Source of the DNA: Candidatus Binatia bacterium
Lineage (GTDB): Bacteria; Desulfobacterota; Binatia; UBA9968; CAXXLF01
Length of the DNA: 64,000 nucleotides
Direction: 5' to 3'
NCBI GenBank assembly: GCA_963664015.2
Contig: CAXXLF010000002.1
Coordinates: 256,001-320,000 of the forward strand
Shown here: one piece after another, positions 21,805 to 31,602 of the stretch
Numbering within the stretch: the first letter of the stretch is position 1
How the letters are laid out: each line of letters opens with the position of its first letter
Notes under the pieces: generated by a model
Seen by the model: the letters and a program-made list of their open reading frames with translations, nothing else
What the model was told of the DNA's origin: nothing
The model's database searches: none
Program-made: the position numbers and the translations under genes

Positions 21805-22977
21805 TTATATTGAAACTTCGGTGAGGCGGTATTCGGGCCTTCCCTCGGGACCGCGCAGGGATTCCATGAGCTTGGTATCGATCATCTCATCCGAGTCCCT
21901 GACAATACCTTTGGGGTCTTGCCCCTCTTCCACTTTCTTGATGTTTTCCAATATCATATTTCTCAGCATCACGACCCCATTATCCGATGTGGCCAGTCGC
22001 TCGTTGGTCCGATCGGCGATGGGCCCCTGGGTCTCCCATGCCATGTGATCCTGGGCCTGGACCTCCTTACTGATATCGAACCGGGTAAACGGGTGGAGGG
22101 TATCGGGCGGGTCCTTATAGGGTTTTATGTAGGTCGCCGGTGGGTCCCCGTCCTGCTCCACCATGCTTCCGTCCTGGGTCGCAAAGAAACGAACGAAGAA
22201 AATCTTCGTGTGGGTATCATCCATCGGCACTCTGATCTGAGTACAGTTGGACTGACGAAGAATATTGGGAAAGATCACCGGGTGCTCGTCAAGCTTCCCA
22301 TTCTTGTAGGTTCGTCTCTTAATAATCCCATAGGGGACCTCATACCATTCAAACTTCTCTACATCATCGGTAAAACCCCTCGTCGTGCTCACTGGAGTCC
22401 TATCCCGATTAGCCGTATTCTGGTGCAAGATCTGCAGATGGGCCGGGTCAACGGAATTCTCCATCGCCTGGACCCAGTTACAGTCGAGCCGAGGCTGAAT
22501 TAAAATTTTTCGCGTACCGTTTTTACGCACCCAAACATCATATTGAGGTATTCGGGGAGCCGGCTGGGGTCCCAGATAGGCCCAGTAAAGCCCGATAAAC
22601 CGTTCCACAGGATAGGCTTTCATCTTTACCGAATGCCTGAACTGGCTCTCGGAGGGTTCTGGTGGTGTTTCAAGGCAGGTCCCCTGTACGTCATAGAGCC
22701 ATCCGTGGTAGGCGCAAGCAATACCCCTCTCTTCGACTCTGCCGTACACGAGGGAAGCGCCTCGATGGGCACAGCGGTCTTCGATGAGACCGACCCGCCC
22801 GCTCTTGTCTTTGAAGAGCACCAGATCTTCGCCTAGAATTTTGATAAACTGGGTGGGGTTCTCCTCTGTCAACTCGGCAGCGACCGCGATGGGAAACCAG
22901 TAGCGACGCAAAAAGTTGCCGCCCGGTGTGCCGGCACCAACCCTTGTTAACCTCTCGTTTTCTTCTTTGGTCAGCAT
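21805..22977 (-). CDS. Rieske oxygenase, phthalate 4,5-dioxygenase-like (close paralogue of 10437-11616)
   Basis: CAHRG..CAYHGW; ENSVDPAHLQILH; AQD. Confidence 0.92.
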   Translation of the reverse strand: MLTKEENERLTRVGAGTPGGNFLRRYWFPIAVAAELTEENPTQFIKILGEDLVLFKDKSGRVGLIEDRCAHRGASLVYGRVEERGIACAYHGWLYDVQGTCLETPPEPSESQFRHSVKMKAYPVERFIGLYWAYLGPQPAPRIPQYDVWVRKNGTRKILIQPRLDCNWVQAMENSVDPAHLQILHQNTANRDRTPVSTTRGFTDDVEKFEWYEVPYGIIKRRTYKNGKLDEHPVIFPNILRQSNCTQIRVPMDDTHTKIFFVRFFATQDGSMVEQDGDPPATYIKPYKDPPDTLHPFTRFDISKEVQAQDHMAWETQGPIADRTNERLATSDNGVVMLRNMILENIKKVEEGQDPKGIVRDSDEMIDTKLMESLRGPEGRPEYRLTEVSI

Positions 22978-23145
22978 AGGATTCGCCTCCCCTATTTTAA
23001 GTACTGTGACCTTCGTTCCCGGAGCCCCTCAGTCGGAACTGAACTTGACCGAGAATTGAATTGTCACAGGTTTCCAACAGCTTACACCTTTATTTACGAC
23101 TGTCAACGGCAAAGCCGCCGGTCTTGGTTGGCCACGCCCTACCGA

Positions 23146-23748
23146 CTAGACCGCGGCTCGCTGGGTACAACGGGGATGGTGTTTAGCTATTCCACAGACG
23201 GCCCCAGACCTGGCCACGGCAGCTTCAAAATCCGGGTGAATTTGTGGATCCTCATCCTCATATTCGATCTGATCACCGCCTTCCTTAAGGCTATTATAGG
23301 TCGCTCCCTCTCTTTGATACACACCGGAAAACCGATAACGCCAGCTACCCCATCGGAGGGCCAGGTACCGTGCGAGCTTGGCCCCGTAATTAAAATGCTG
23401 GTAATGGGCGTTGAGCGGCATCCCGAAGAGGCTACCGGGCCCCCACTCGAAGGTGTGCTTCTTACCGTCCTTCTGCCAAACCGAGGTCGCTCCGTGCCCT
23501 TTGGCGACATAGACTATCTCTTCGTAGAGGTGCTTTTTTGGTTTGAGCTTGCCGCCCGCCGGTTCCTTCCAGGTTGATGAAGGTAGCCAGGCCGCCCTTT
23601 AGATCCCAAGGCGCGACCTCCACAGTCTTGATGTCCTTTAAAAAAAACCGTTTATGATCGGGATCCGCTGCGCCTGCTGCCATTCCTGGTAGGTATCGAT
23701 ACGCGACAGCTTGGTATCGTCAATTTTTTCAATCTCGTTCTCCGCCAT
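23146..23748 (-). pseudogene. bicupin homologue of 18319-19437 with a frameshift and internal deletions
   Basis: MAENEI..YQEWQQAQRIP / KDIKTVEVAPW..INLEGTG / KHLYEEIVYVAKGHG..HYQHFN joined to YGAKLARYLALRW..DQIEYEDEDP. Confidence 0.8.
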
Positions 23749-23807
23749 TGTGCGCTTTCCTCCTTTACCTGAATTCAATTTCTAAGCCCTTAATACCAGT
23801 TGAGAGT

Positions 23808-24980
23808 TCACCTTCGGATATCTCTAATGGGCCGCGCAAAACTCCTCTGGTCGTAGTTGGTAATAGGAATCTCTTTGCCCGTTTCCTTTTCGGTCTGCAT
23901 AACCTTAAATTCGATGATCTTGTTTACTGCCGGGTCCCGAATCACCCCCATGGGGTCTTTGCCTTTTTTAACGGCCTCCAGTTGAAGACGAAGCATCTGC
24001 CGAAACATAACGATTCCCTGGTCGCTGGAAGCAAGGTGCTCCTCGCTCCGATTCGCAATAGGCCCCTGAGTCTCCCAGACCATGCCGTCCTGGCTGGCAA
24101 AAGTCTTCATATGATGGCGGTATCGCGTGTAACCATAGTCATCGTAGGCCTCTTTGATCGGCCCGATGAAGTGATAAGGCACGTCCACTTGCCCACTGGG
24201 TTTACCGTCGTAAGTCGGGCTGTAAATGACATAGATGATCTGCGTATGGGTATCATCCATAGGGACCCGGTAGTGAATGACGTTCCCCGTCCCCCTCAAT
24301 ATATTTGGAAAGACGATGGGGTGCACCTCCGTGCGCTTATGGCCGTGGTGATACTTGTAGATTCCGTAATCAAAGATCTCGAACTCCATCCGCTCATCGC
24401 GCATGGCCGGGGCCCCACCGGTAAAGCCGTGAAGCCAGTAGAGATGCGCCGGATCGACGGCGTTTTCCATGGGCTGAAGCCAATTGCAGTCGAGGACAGG
24501 ATGGATTTCAATCCGCCGGACCCAGTCTTCCCGCACGAGGATATCGTAGTTTGGTAGGAGTGGTGCCGGGGATGGTCCCAAATAACCGAAGAGCAATCCC
24601 CCTAACACCTGGACTGGATAGGCCGGTTGGCGTATGGAATCCTTGGTATCGCGATCGGTTGGCTCGGCGGGTTGCTCCAGGCATTTTCCGTCGACGTCGT
24701 ACTTCCATCCATGATAGGGGCAACGAATCCCCTCCTCATCCACCATCCCGTAGCATAGAGACGCGCCTCTGTGGGCGCATGCCTCCCGAATCAACCCGTA
24801 GCGTCCCTTGCCGTCCCTGAAGACCACCAGATCCTCGCCGAGGAGCTTGACCGGCCGTTTGATCTTTTCATCAACTTCAGCCTTGGGAGCGATGGGCATC
24901 CAGTAGCAGCGCAGCAATTCCCCCATGGGAGTCCCGGGTCCCACACGGCACAAAAGATCGTTGGTTTCCTGGTCTAACAT
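23808..24980 (-). CDS. Rieske oxygenase, phthalate 4,5-dioxygenase-like
   Basis: CAHRG..CPYHGW; ENAVDPAHLYWLH; SQD. Confidence 0.92.
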   Translation of the reverse strand: MLDQETNDLLCRVGPGTPMGELLRCYWMPIAPKAEVDEKIKRPVKLLGEDLVVFRDGKGRYGLIREACAHRGASLCYGMVDEEGIRCPYHGWKYDVDGKCLEQPAEPTDRDTKDSIRQPAYPVQVLGGLLFGYLGPSPAPLLPNYDILVREDWVRRIEIHPVLDCNWLQPMENAVDPAHLYWLHGFTGGAPAMRDERMEFEIFDYGIYKYHHGHKRTEVHPIVFPNILRGTGNVIHYRVPMDDTHTQIIYVIYSPTYDGKPSGQVDVPYHFIGPIKEAYDDYGYTRYRHHMKTFASQDGMVWETQGPIANRSEEHLASSDQGIVMFRQMLRLQLEAVKKGKDPMGVIRDPAVNKIIEFKVMQTEKETGKEIPITNYDQRSFARPIRDIRR

Positions 24981-25038
24981 ATAGGATAAATCCTAATGAC
25001 CCGATTAAGCTAAATTGTCCTTGTAGGAGCCAGGCCAT

Positions 25039-26163
25039 TCAATCTCGAATGTCCTGGAGAAACCAATCCACCGGTACGTCCCGGCCAAGGCCGGCCTTTG
25101 TTGCAAGGTCAAAAACGACCGAACTGACGGTTACAAACTGAAGCCCCTTGACCGTGTCTTCGCCCTTGACCTTGATCCCGCTGGATGAACTCACCTCCTG
25201 ATCGTTCTCCCGGCCGTTCTTCTGACCGGTAATGAGGTCGACAAGAGAAATCATCTTCCCGTGAAAGTCCTTTTTCTGGGTACTGCGGCTTTGCTTCGGT
25301 CCCCTGGCCTTCACGTAGCCTTCTGAATCTCCCGCAAGGTATGTAGGGAACCCTTGTGAGTCATCTACGGCGACCCCTCCCACGATTTGGCTCATCGGCC
25401 CCCCAATCATGCAAACGTCGATCTTGGAATAGACATCGGAGGCAAACTCACTTGCTACTTGGGTCAGATGCATTCCCGGTTCCAATAACCGGGCATGAAT
25501 CGTAGGTTCTTGTGAATTCGTGCACGTGGACAAAATATCAACACCCTTGGCAGCCTCTTCAGGACTCGCACATGGAATCGCTTCCAACCCCAGTTCTTGC
25601 TCGACCTCGTTTGCATAAACTGTCCGATGTTCTTTGTTGGGACTGTAGACCTTGACCTTTTTGATGTTTCTAACCTCGGTAAACGCTCTCAAATGGCTTT
25701 TTGCCATCCCCCCTGACCCAATCATCCCCACCACGGACGCGTCTTTTTTCGCCAGATACTTGGCCCCCAGGCCAAAGAGGGCCCCTACGCGAAAGTGCTG
25801 CAGGTATCCGTCATTGATAATGGCAAGTGGCTCACCGTTTTCCGTATTGAACAGAAAGATCAAGCCGCAGAAGAGACCCGGCCGGAGGCAGTACTTGTTT
25901 TCTACCCGCGTACCGTAGCGAGTCGGCCAGCTCACCACATCGGATTTCATCCTTATGGCAAAACGCTGGAGCCTCTTACTGGAACCTTCCATTGTGCCCC
26001 AGCGATGAAAACTCTCGTTGGAACTGGTCTCCGTCAGGACATCTACCCGTGGTCGCCCGACCAGATCCCCCTGTGCGAGCTCCCTGTGCCCCTCTTCGAT
26101 GGCCTTCAAGGTGTCCGCCATGTTGAGGACCTGTTCGACCTCCTTGTTGTTTATAAAAATCAT
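25039..26163 (-). CDS. ornithine cyclodeaminase/mu-crystallin family protein
   Basis: GEPLAII..RVGA..VGMIGSGGMA..KVYSPN..CTNS..GRENDQE..GLQF; start at ATG 26163 after GAAGGAGA. Confidence 0.88.
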   Translation of the reverse strand: MIFINNKEVEQVLNMADTLKAIEEGHRELAQGDLVGRPRVDVLTETSSNESFHRWGTMEGSSKRLQRFAIRMKSDVVSWPTRYGTRVENKYCLRPGLFCGLIFLFNTENGEPLAIINDGYLQHFRVGALFGLGAKYLAKKDASVVGMIGSGGMAKSHLRAFTEVRNIKKVKVYSPNKEHRTVYANEVEQELGLEAIPCASPEEAAKGVDILSTCTNSQEPTIHARLLEPGMHLTQVASEFASDVYSKIDVCMIGGPMSQIVGGVAVDDSQGFPTYLAGDSEGYVKARGPKQSRSTQKKDFHGKMISLVDLITGQKNGRENDQEVSSSSGIKVKGEDTVKGLQFVTVSSVVFDLATKAGLGRDVPVDWFLQDIRD

Positions 26164-26219
26164 CGTGTCTCCTTCACCCACCATTCCATTGCTTCGCGGT
26201 TGAACCCCACTGAAGGTCC

Positions 26220-27197
26220 CTATTCAGTTAGCTGGCAGTAGTGACCGGTCTTTAGAAATTCGATGTATTCCTTTAACCCACGGCGGACACTGTATTGTGG
26301 AATGTAGCCAAACTGCTCTTGGGCCAACGGATCTGGCTTCACCGCCCCGCCTTTTTCAGTCCCTCGAGGTGCCTCGATCCTGGCACCTGGAATAAGCTCC
26401 CTCAGCAGATCCGCTACCTCGCCCTGGGTCAGTTGTTCCTTGGGCCGTATTTGAAATACGTAATCCTTGAGTTTGTTTGCCAGAGTCGCCATCATGGCAC
26501 CGGAGCCCGCATCCCGCGCGTAGAGGCACCCCACAGGGGCGGTGGAGACGGGCCCTTCCCTCCCTGGAACAGTACCGGATAGCGAGGCCAACTTCACCGG
26601 CTCATTGCGCAGAGGCTTTTCAACCACATCTTTAAGACTTTGCCCCATCACACCGGCAAAACCATATCCGGGTCCAAAGACCTGAGCAAAACGCAAGATC
26701 ACAATGTCCAGATTATAGAGTTTACGGTAATCGTTGCAGAAGAGCTCGCAGGCCACTTTGGCGCTCGTGTACGGGTCAGCGTCGAGGTCCAGGACTCCCG
26801 TTGCAGCAGATTTACCATAGGAAGACGCCGTCCGAGGAGTCTTTCCCGTACTGAGGTAAACCAATCGTTTAACTCCCGACAGGCGAGCCGCCTCCAGCAC
26901 GTTCATGGTTCCCATGACGATGGTTTGAACTCCTGCGTAGGGTCGTTCATAAACCCCCGGAGTAAGCATGCTTGCCAGGTGAAGGATACGATCCACCCCA
27001 TATTTGTTGATGGCACCCATGAGCTCCGAAGCGTTGAGGACATCACCCTTAACGAAGGTAACCTTCTCAGAAATATCCTGTAATAGCTCAGCTTTGATTG
27101 CGATATCGTAAGCGATCACCCTTTCACCGCATTCCACGGCGTGACGGACGGCAAATGATCCCGCCAGCCCGCAACCTCCGGTCACCAAAACAGTCAT
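26220..27197 (-). CDS. NAD-dependent epimerase/dehydratase (extended SDR)
   Basis: VTGGCGLAG, HLAS, GTMNVLEAA, YTSAK, RFAQVFGPG. Confidence 0.88.
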   Translation of the reverse strand: MTVLVTGGCGLAGSFAVRHAVECGERVIAYDIAIKAELLQDISEKVTFVKGDVLNASELMGAINKYGVDRILHLASMLTPGVYERPYAGVQTIVMGTMNVLEAARLSGVKRLVYLSTGKTPRTASSYGKSAATGVLDLDADPYTSAKVACELFCNDYRKLYNLDIVILRFAQVFGPGYGFAGVMGQSLKDVVEKPLRNEPVKLASLSGTVPGREGPVSTAPVGCLYARDAGSGAMMATLANKLKDYVFQIRPKEQLTQGEVADLLRELIPGARIEAPRGTEKGGAVKPDPLAQEQFGYIPQYSVRRGLKEYIEFLKTGHYCQLTE

Positions 27198-27295
27198 AAT
27201 TTCTCCTGCATACCCTTTCGCTTGGTAGAATCTTTCTGTTCATTCTCTCAACGGAGAGAGGTCAAGCTCCTTAGAATCGGAACAAACGCTGCGGA

Positions 27296-27529
27296 TTATC
27301 GGAAAAAATGTAAGGTTGCACCCTTTTCCTGAGCCCGATTCATGACCGTGGGCGTTCCCCCGACCAGGCGCATCTTGAATTCGACTACCCAGGTGCCATT
27401 GTGACTGCCAAAAACCGTATCCTCGGGAAAGACCACGGGAAAGGGCCACCACCTGTGCCAGTCCGCGTCCAGGTGTTTCCATGTCTCGACACCCTCTTCT
27501 ACATGTGCGTCGGCATCGATGACTACCAT
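27296..27529 (-). pseudogene. amidohydrolase-2 N-terminal fragment (tandem paralogue of 27629-28705)
   Basis: MVVIDADAHVEEGVETW..PVVFPEDT.FG..N..WV closely matches the neighbour; ends after about 70 aa. Confidence 0.8.
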
Positions 27530-27628
27530 GGAGTACTCCTTTCGTGCCTCTCACACCGCGGCGAGAAGTCGTGGCGTAAAAATGGAAGATGGGAAAGAGG
27601 GAGAATTTTCAAACAGGATCCTTCCGTA

Positions 27629-28705
27629 TCAGAAATGGTACAACCGCTGGGGATTGTCCGAGAGAATCTTATCCACCGTACGCTGACCGAGATCACCCCG
27701 TCGGAGCAAATCTTCGGCCAAACGATCTTGGCGATTGGGATCGGCATGGGGATAATCCGTCGCCGTGATCAAGAAATCATCCCCCAACTTACTGATGATA
27801 AAAGGCAGCTCATCGTCGAGCCCGCACGAGACAAACACCCGTCCACCTAGCCACCCGTCAACCTTGGCTCCGTTCCGCTCCCGCAGTCCTTTCACCAAAC
27901 GAACCGTCCAATCGGCACCGGCCTCCAGGAATCCGACGCGCAATCTCGGAAACTCTTCCAGGAGTCCCGAACCCAGAATTTGCTGGAATGCGTGGAGAAC
28001 ATACGGGCCGCTGATCAGTCCTGCCCCCAACGGATGTGGGAACGCGCCCCCAATGGGCCGCGGGATACCTTCGTACATACGACTGATGGTTGGGCTCGAT
28101 CCGTTGCCAACGTGGACCGCAATAGGCAGATCTTGACGCTCCGCTTCCCCGTAGATGGGGCGTAGCGATGGGTGGCTGAGCGGCATATCCCATTCCAGGC
28201 CGCGAGCGAAAATCCCCGTCACGCATCCCTGCTCTTTCGCCCACTGAATCTCTCGCACTGCCAGGTCCGGTCGACGCCAGGGGACCACTGCAACATACCA
28301 CAACCGACCTGCTGAATGTTTGCACTGGGTAGCCATGAATTGGTTGTAGCTGTGGGCTAGCGCCGCCTCCAGCTCAACGTTTTCTGCCAGACACCCCAGC
28401 CACAATGAAGGAAACACCACCTGCCGGTCAATCGCCAGCTCGTCCATGCATGCAAGCCGTTGGCTCACGTCCGTCATCTCTTGTACCGGGATCGACACCC
28501 CTTTCTCACGCGATAGTTTCATACAAGTGGGGGTGCCAGCGAAATGGCGAAGCTTATAATCGATCACCCAGCCGGCATTCCGATCCCCGAAACACGTGTC
28601 CTCCGGAAACACCACCGGAATGGGCCGAAAAGGGTAAAATTCAGGCTCGAGGTAACTCCAGGTTTCAACGCTCTCTTCTACATGGGCATCTGAGTCTATG
28701 ACCAT
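27629..28705 (-). CDS. amidohydrolase-2 family protein
   Basis: IDSDAH, VVFPS, AVHVG, FLEAGADW, ATDYPHAD. Confidence 0.9.
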   Translation of the reverse strand: MVIDSDAHVEESVETWSYLEPEFYPFRPIPVVFPEDTCFGDRNAGWVIDYKLRHFAGTPTCMKLSREKGVSIPVQEMTDVSQRLACMDELAIDRQVVFPSLWLGCLAENVELEAALAHSYNQFMATQCKHSAGRLWYVAVVPWRRPDLAVREIQWAKEQGCVTGIFARGLEWDMPLSHPSLRPIYGEAERQDLPIAVHVGNGSSPTISRMYEGIPRPIGGAFPHPLGAGLISGPYVLHAFQQILGSGLLEEFPRLRVGFLEAGADWTVRLVKGLRERNGAKVDGWLGGRVFVSCGLDDELPFIISKLGDDFLITATDYPHADPNRQDRLAEDLLRRGDLGQRTVDKILSDNPQRLYHF

Positions 28706-28852
28706 AAGACGTTTGCCTTCTCACTCATTCGATGTGTAATCGGTGTGACGGAATGGAGGCAGATGTTAGCTGTCCTCATAAGTAAATTATTCCTTTCAGT
28801 CAACAATCCGACAATGGATTCGGTTTTGGAGTCTGTTTACGATAGGCTGCCG

Positions 28853-30283
28853 TTATGACCTGCTTCCCGACTCGCCCACAGTCGGCTTGATGTTGTGATT
28901 CACACGAAATAAATTCGTGGGATCATATTTGTTTTTGACCGCCACGAGGCGCCCATATTTCGCCTCTCCGTACACTCGGGGAACCTCGCTCTCATCCTCG
29001 CTCTGATGCCGGTTCAGATATCCGCCGCCTGCTGAGAATGGCTGCAGCGCTGACCAAGTTGTGCGGGCCCACTCGATATGTTGATCCGACTCCTCAGGAT
29101 TCTTCCAGTGGGGGAGGATGTAGCAATCATATGCGGCCTGGCGGTAACGGAAGGCGGTTTCATCTTCCGCGACACGGCTGATCGCGCCGCCCATGAGCAC
29201 GAAATGTAGATGAGACCACGGCGATGTCATAGCGGCTGCCCGGTCGACCATCACCTCGATGGCATCGTCGCTGAGTTCTTTCAAATAGACCGATTTTTCG
29301 TAGCTGAGACTCGCCTGCATCAAAGGATCCACTGAACCCTGGAGCACCAGATACGGGGCTGGCCCGACCGTGTCGCAAGCTGGCGAGCCAAAAGTCCTGA
29401 GCGGCTTCAGGACTCTTTCGCCCTCGTCTGTTGGACCGGTGAAGCAGACCACGGCAGCCATGATAATCTTCCCATGAACAGATGGCGGCAGGTAGGAACC
29501 GGGCTGTGGGGTCACAAAAAAGATGCTTAGACCAAGTCCATCCGGGACCGTTTTGACGTACTCGCGGAGGAACTTGAGGTAGGCTTTGGCTTGATCCAGG
29601 AAATAGCCGACCCAACCCCTCAGCACCCGGGTTACGGGGTGAAGCTGGTACTCGAAGGAAGTCACAATTCCAAAATTTCCGCCACCACCCCGAAGGCCCC
29701 AAAACAGATCCTCGTTCTGCTGAGGGCTAGCAGTGAGAAACTTTCCGTCCGCGGTGATAACGTCCGCCGACAAAAGATTGTCGCAGGTGAGACCGTATTT
29801 GCGGCTTATATGCCCAATGCCGCCCCCGGTAGTCAGTCCGCCGATACCTGTGTCGGAGACATTTCCCCCAGGAGTGGCTAGGCCGAACGCCGCAGCCTCA
29901 CGGTCAAATTCCCGCCAGAAGAGTCCTCCCTGAGCATGAGCCGTTCGCTTGATGGGGTCGACCCGCATCCCCTTCATCGGTCTCAGATCAATGACAAGAC
30001 CACCATCGCAGACCCCAAAACCGGCGGGATGGTGCCCCCCGCACCGCACCGCGACAAGCAGATTGCGCGTCCGGGCAAAGTTTACGGCGTTTATCACATC
30101 CGCGACGCCAGCACAGCGAGCTATGAGCGCAGGCCGCTTATCGATCATCCCATTCCACACCCGCCGCGCGCTATCGTACTCGGGATGGCCAGGATCGATT
30201 ACTTCACCCAGTTGATTGGCTTTGAATTCTTGGACGGCCGCTTCCTCAATGGCCGGACCCGTTGGAGAGCTTTGATCTGCCAT
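28853..30283 (-). CDS. FAD-linked oxidase, berberine-bridge/6-hydroxy-D-nicotine-oxidase-like
   Basis: RCGGH covalent-FAD motif, GLTCDNL, DLFWGLRGGGGNFGIVT, C-terminal YLN..KYDPTNLF. Confidence 0.9.
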   Translation of the reverse strand: MADQSSPTGPAIEEAAVQEFKANQLGEVIDPGHPEYDSARRVWNGMIDKRPALIARCAGVADVINAVNFARTRNLLVAVRCGGHHPAGFGVCDGGLVIDLRPMKGMRVDPIKRTAHAQGGLFWREFDREAAAFGLATPGGNVSDTGIGGLTTGGGIGHISRKYGLTCDNLLSADVITADGKFLTASPQQNEDLFWGLRGGGGNFGIVTSFEYQLHPVTRVLRGWVGYFLDQAKAYLKFLREYVKTVPDGLGLSIFFVTPQPGSYLPPSVHGKIIMAAVVCFTGPTDEGERVLKPLRTFGSPACDTVGPAPYLVLQGSVDPLMQASLSYEKSVYLKELSDDAIEVMVDRAAAMTSPWSHLHFVLMGGAISRVAEDETAFRYRQAAYDCYILPHWKNPEESDQHIEWARTTWSALQPFSAGGGYLNRHQSEDESEVPRVYGEAKYGRLVAVKNKYDPTNLFRVNHNIKPTVGESGSRS

Positions 30284-30424
30284 AACTTGCCTTTCTATGA
30301 GTCCACGAGAAGCGGGTCATCAATCATGTTTTCAGGTACCACACGACCTCGCTTGGCACGACTGTTTAGTCCAAAGTTTCAAATCATAGCGTCGTGAGGA
30401 CGCTGTCATTAAACAACCTGTAAA

Positions 30425-31085
30425 CTACCGGTTCTTCGCCCGCCTGATATCGGCCATGATCTTCCTGCTTAACTTTGAGATCGGGGCCATGTCGGTAAAC
30501 TTGGGACGAGAAACATCCAAATATTTCCTTCCGTCAACAAACATATTAGCCGGGGGCAGCATATCCTTTGGAATATCAATCCGCCGAGAATTCGGGGCGA
30601 GCTGGCCATAGAGATCCTTAAGGGCTTGAAGCAGTATCTGAGCCTTACGCCTAAGGTACCAGTTGACGAAAACCCGAGCCGCTTTGGGGCGGGGCGCACC
30701 TTGATATAGCTCACCGAAGCTCCACCTGTGCTCAAGCCCTGGCCTTCTTTCCAATCGGCCGTATCGAAGATATCCACCGGCAGACCCTGGGATTTGGCCC
30801 GTTCCACCTGCCGGCAGCCCACGAGATGGCATACTGTCCCTCAGCCAACGAGTCGGTAATCTGGCGACGGTTTCCAAACGTGACATCCATAGTGCCAAAG
30901 AGTTTTGTTAAGTACTCGGGACCAAGCTCCGGGTTGTGATAGAGAAACTGCAAGACGGCCCCGAATCCTGTACCTGCCGGAGATTGGGAGGTGAGCTTTC
31001 CCTTCCATTTGGGATCCGTCAGGTCCCAATGGGATTTAAATTTCAGGGAGTCCACCAGATTGGCGTTGTATGAAAAGCTCCTCCC
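30425..31085 (-). pseudogene. ABC substrate-binding protein (FbpA-like), 5'-truncated and frameshifted
   Basis: WDLTDPKWKGK..HNPELGPEYL / AKSQGLPV / PRPKAARVFVNW..RRIDIPKD lie in three frames. Confidence 0.8.
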
Positions 31086-31232
31086 GCCAACGAATGATAG
31101 GAAGTTACTTTTGAGACTCAGCAGCCAAGAACTCGCAATTGCCCCGAAATGACTCGGTCTCGGCTCCCGCCTGAGAGCCTCCGGCCGCTATCGGAACAAG
31201 CGACATGGCCACGAACCCTTTATGAGCGGAGG

Positions 31233-31261
31233 ATATCCGATAACGAGCTATTATGTCAACT
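31233..31261 (+). other. dif-like (XerC/XerD) site
   Basis: ATATCCGATAA-CGAGCTA-TTATGTCAACT; the arms resemble dif (E. coli GGTGCGCATAA-N6-TTATGTTAAAT) but the spacer is 7 bp. Confidence 0.5.
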
Positions 31262-31602
31262 CGACCTAGCAGACCTTATTTACCTCGCAGAACGCATTTC
31301 AAGAGCTATTTAAATGCGTCTCAGAGCTATTTTGACCCGTTCCAAAGTTTAAGAGTGGGGTAAGGCCGTCAAAGGCCCTAGCCATATTGCCAAAGGTGGA
31401 CATTTTCACCAATTAATTGCCAGAAATACCATATGTACGAAATCCTAGAAAAAAGAAACCCTTCAAAGACCAAACGTTTGCAGCCTGGTACTTTTTTTGC
31501 TGCTGCCTTATAGGTTATTCAGAGCCATAATAGGCCGACATGAAGTGGAGATATGCCGATCCGCATATTACTTGTTAACCGCACACAAACAGGAGGTTCA
31601 AA

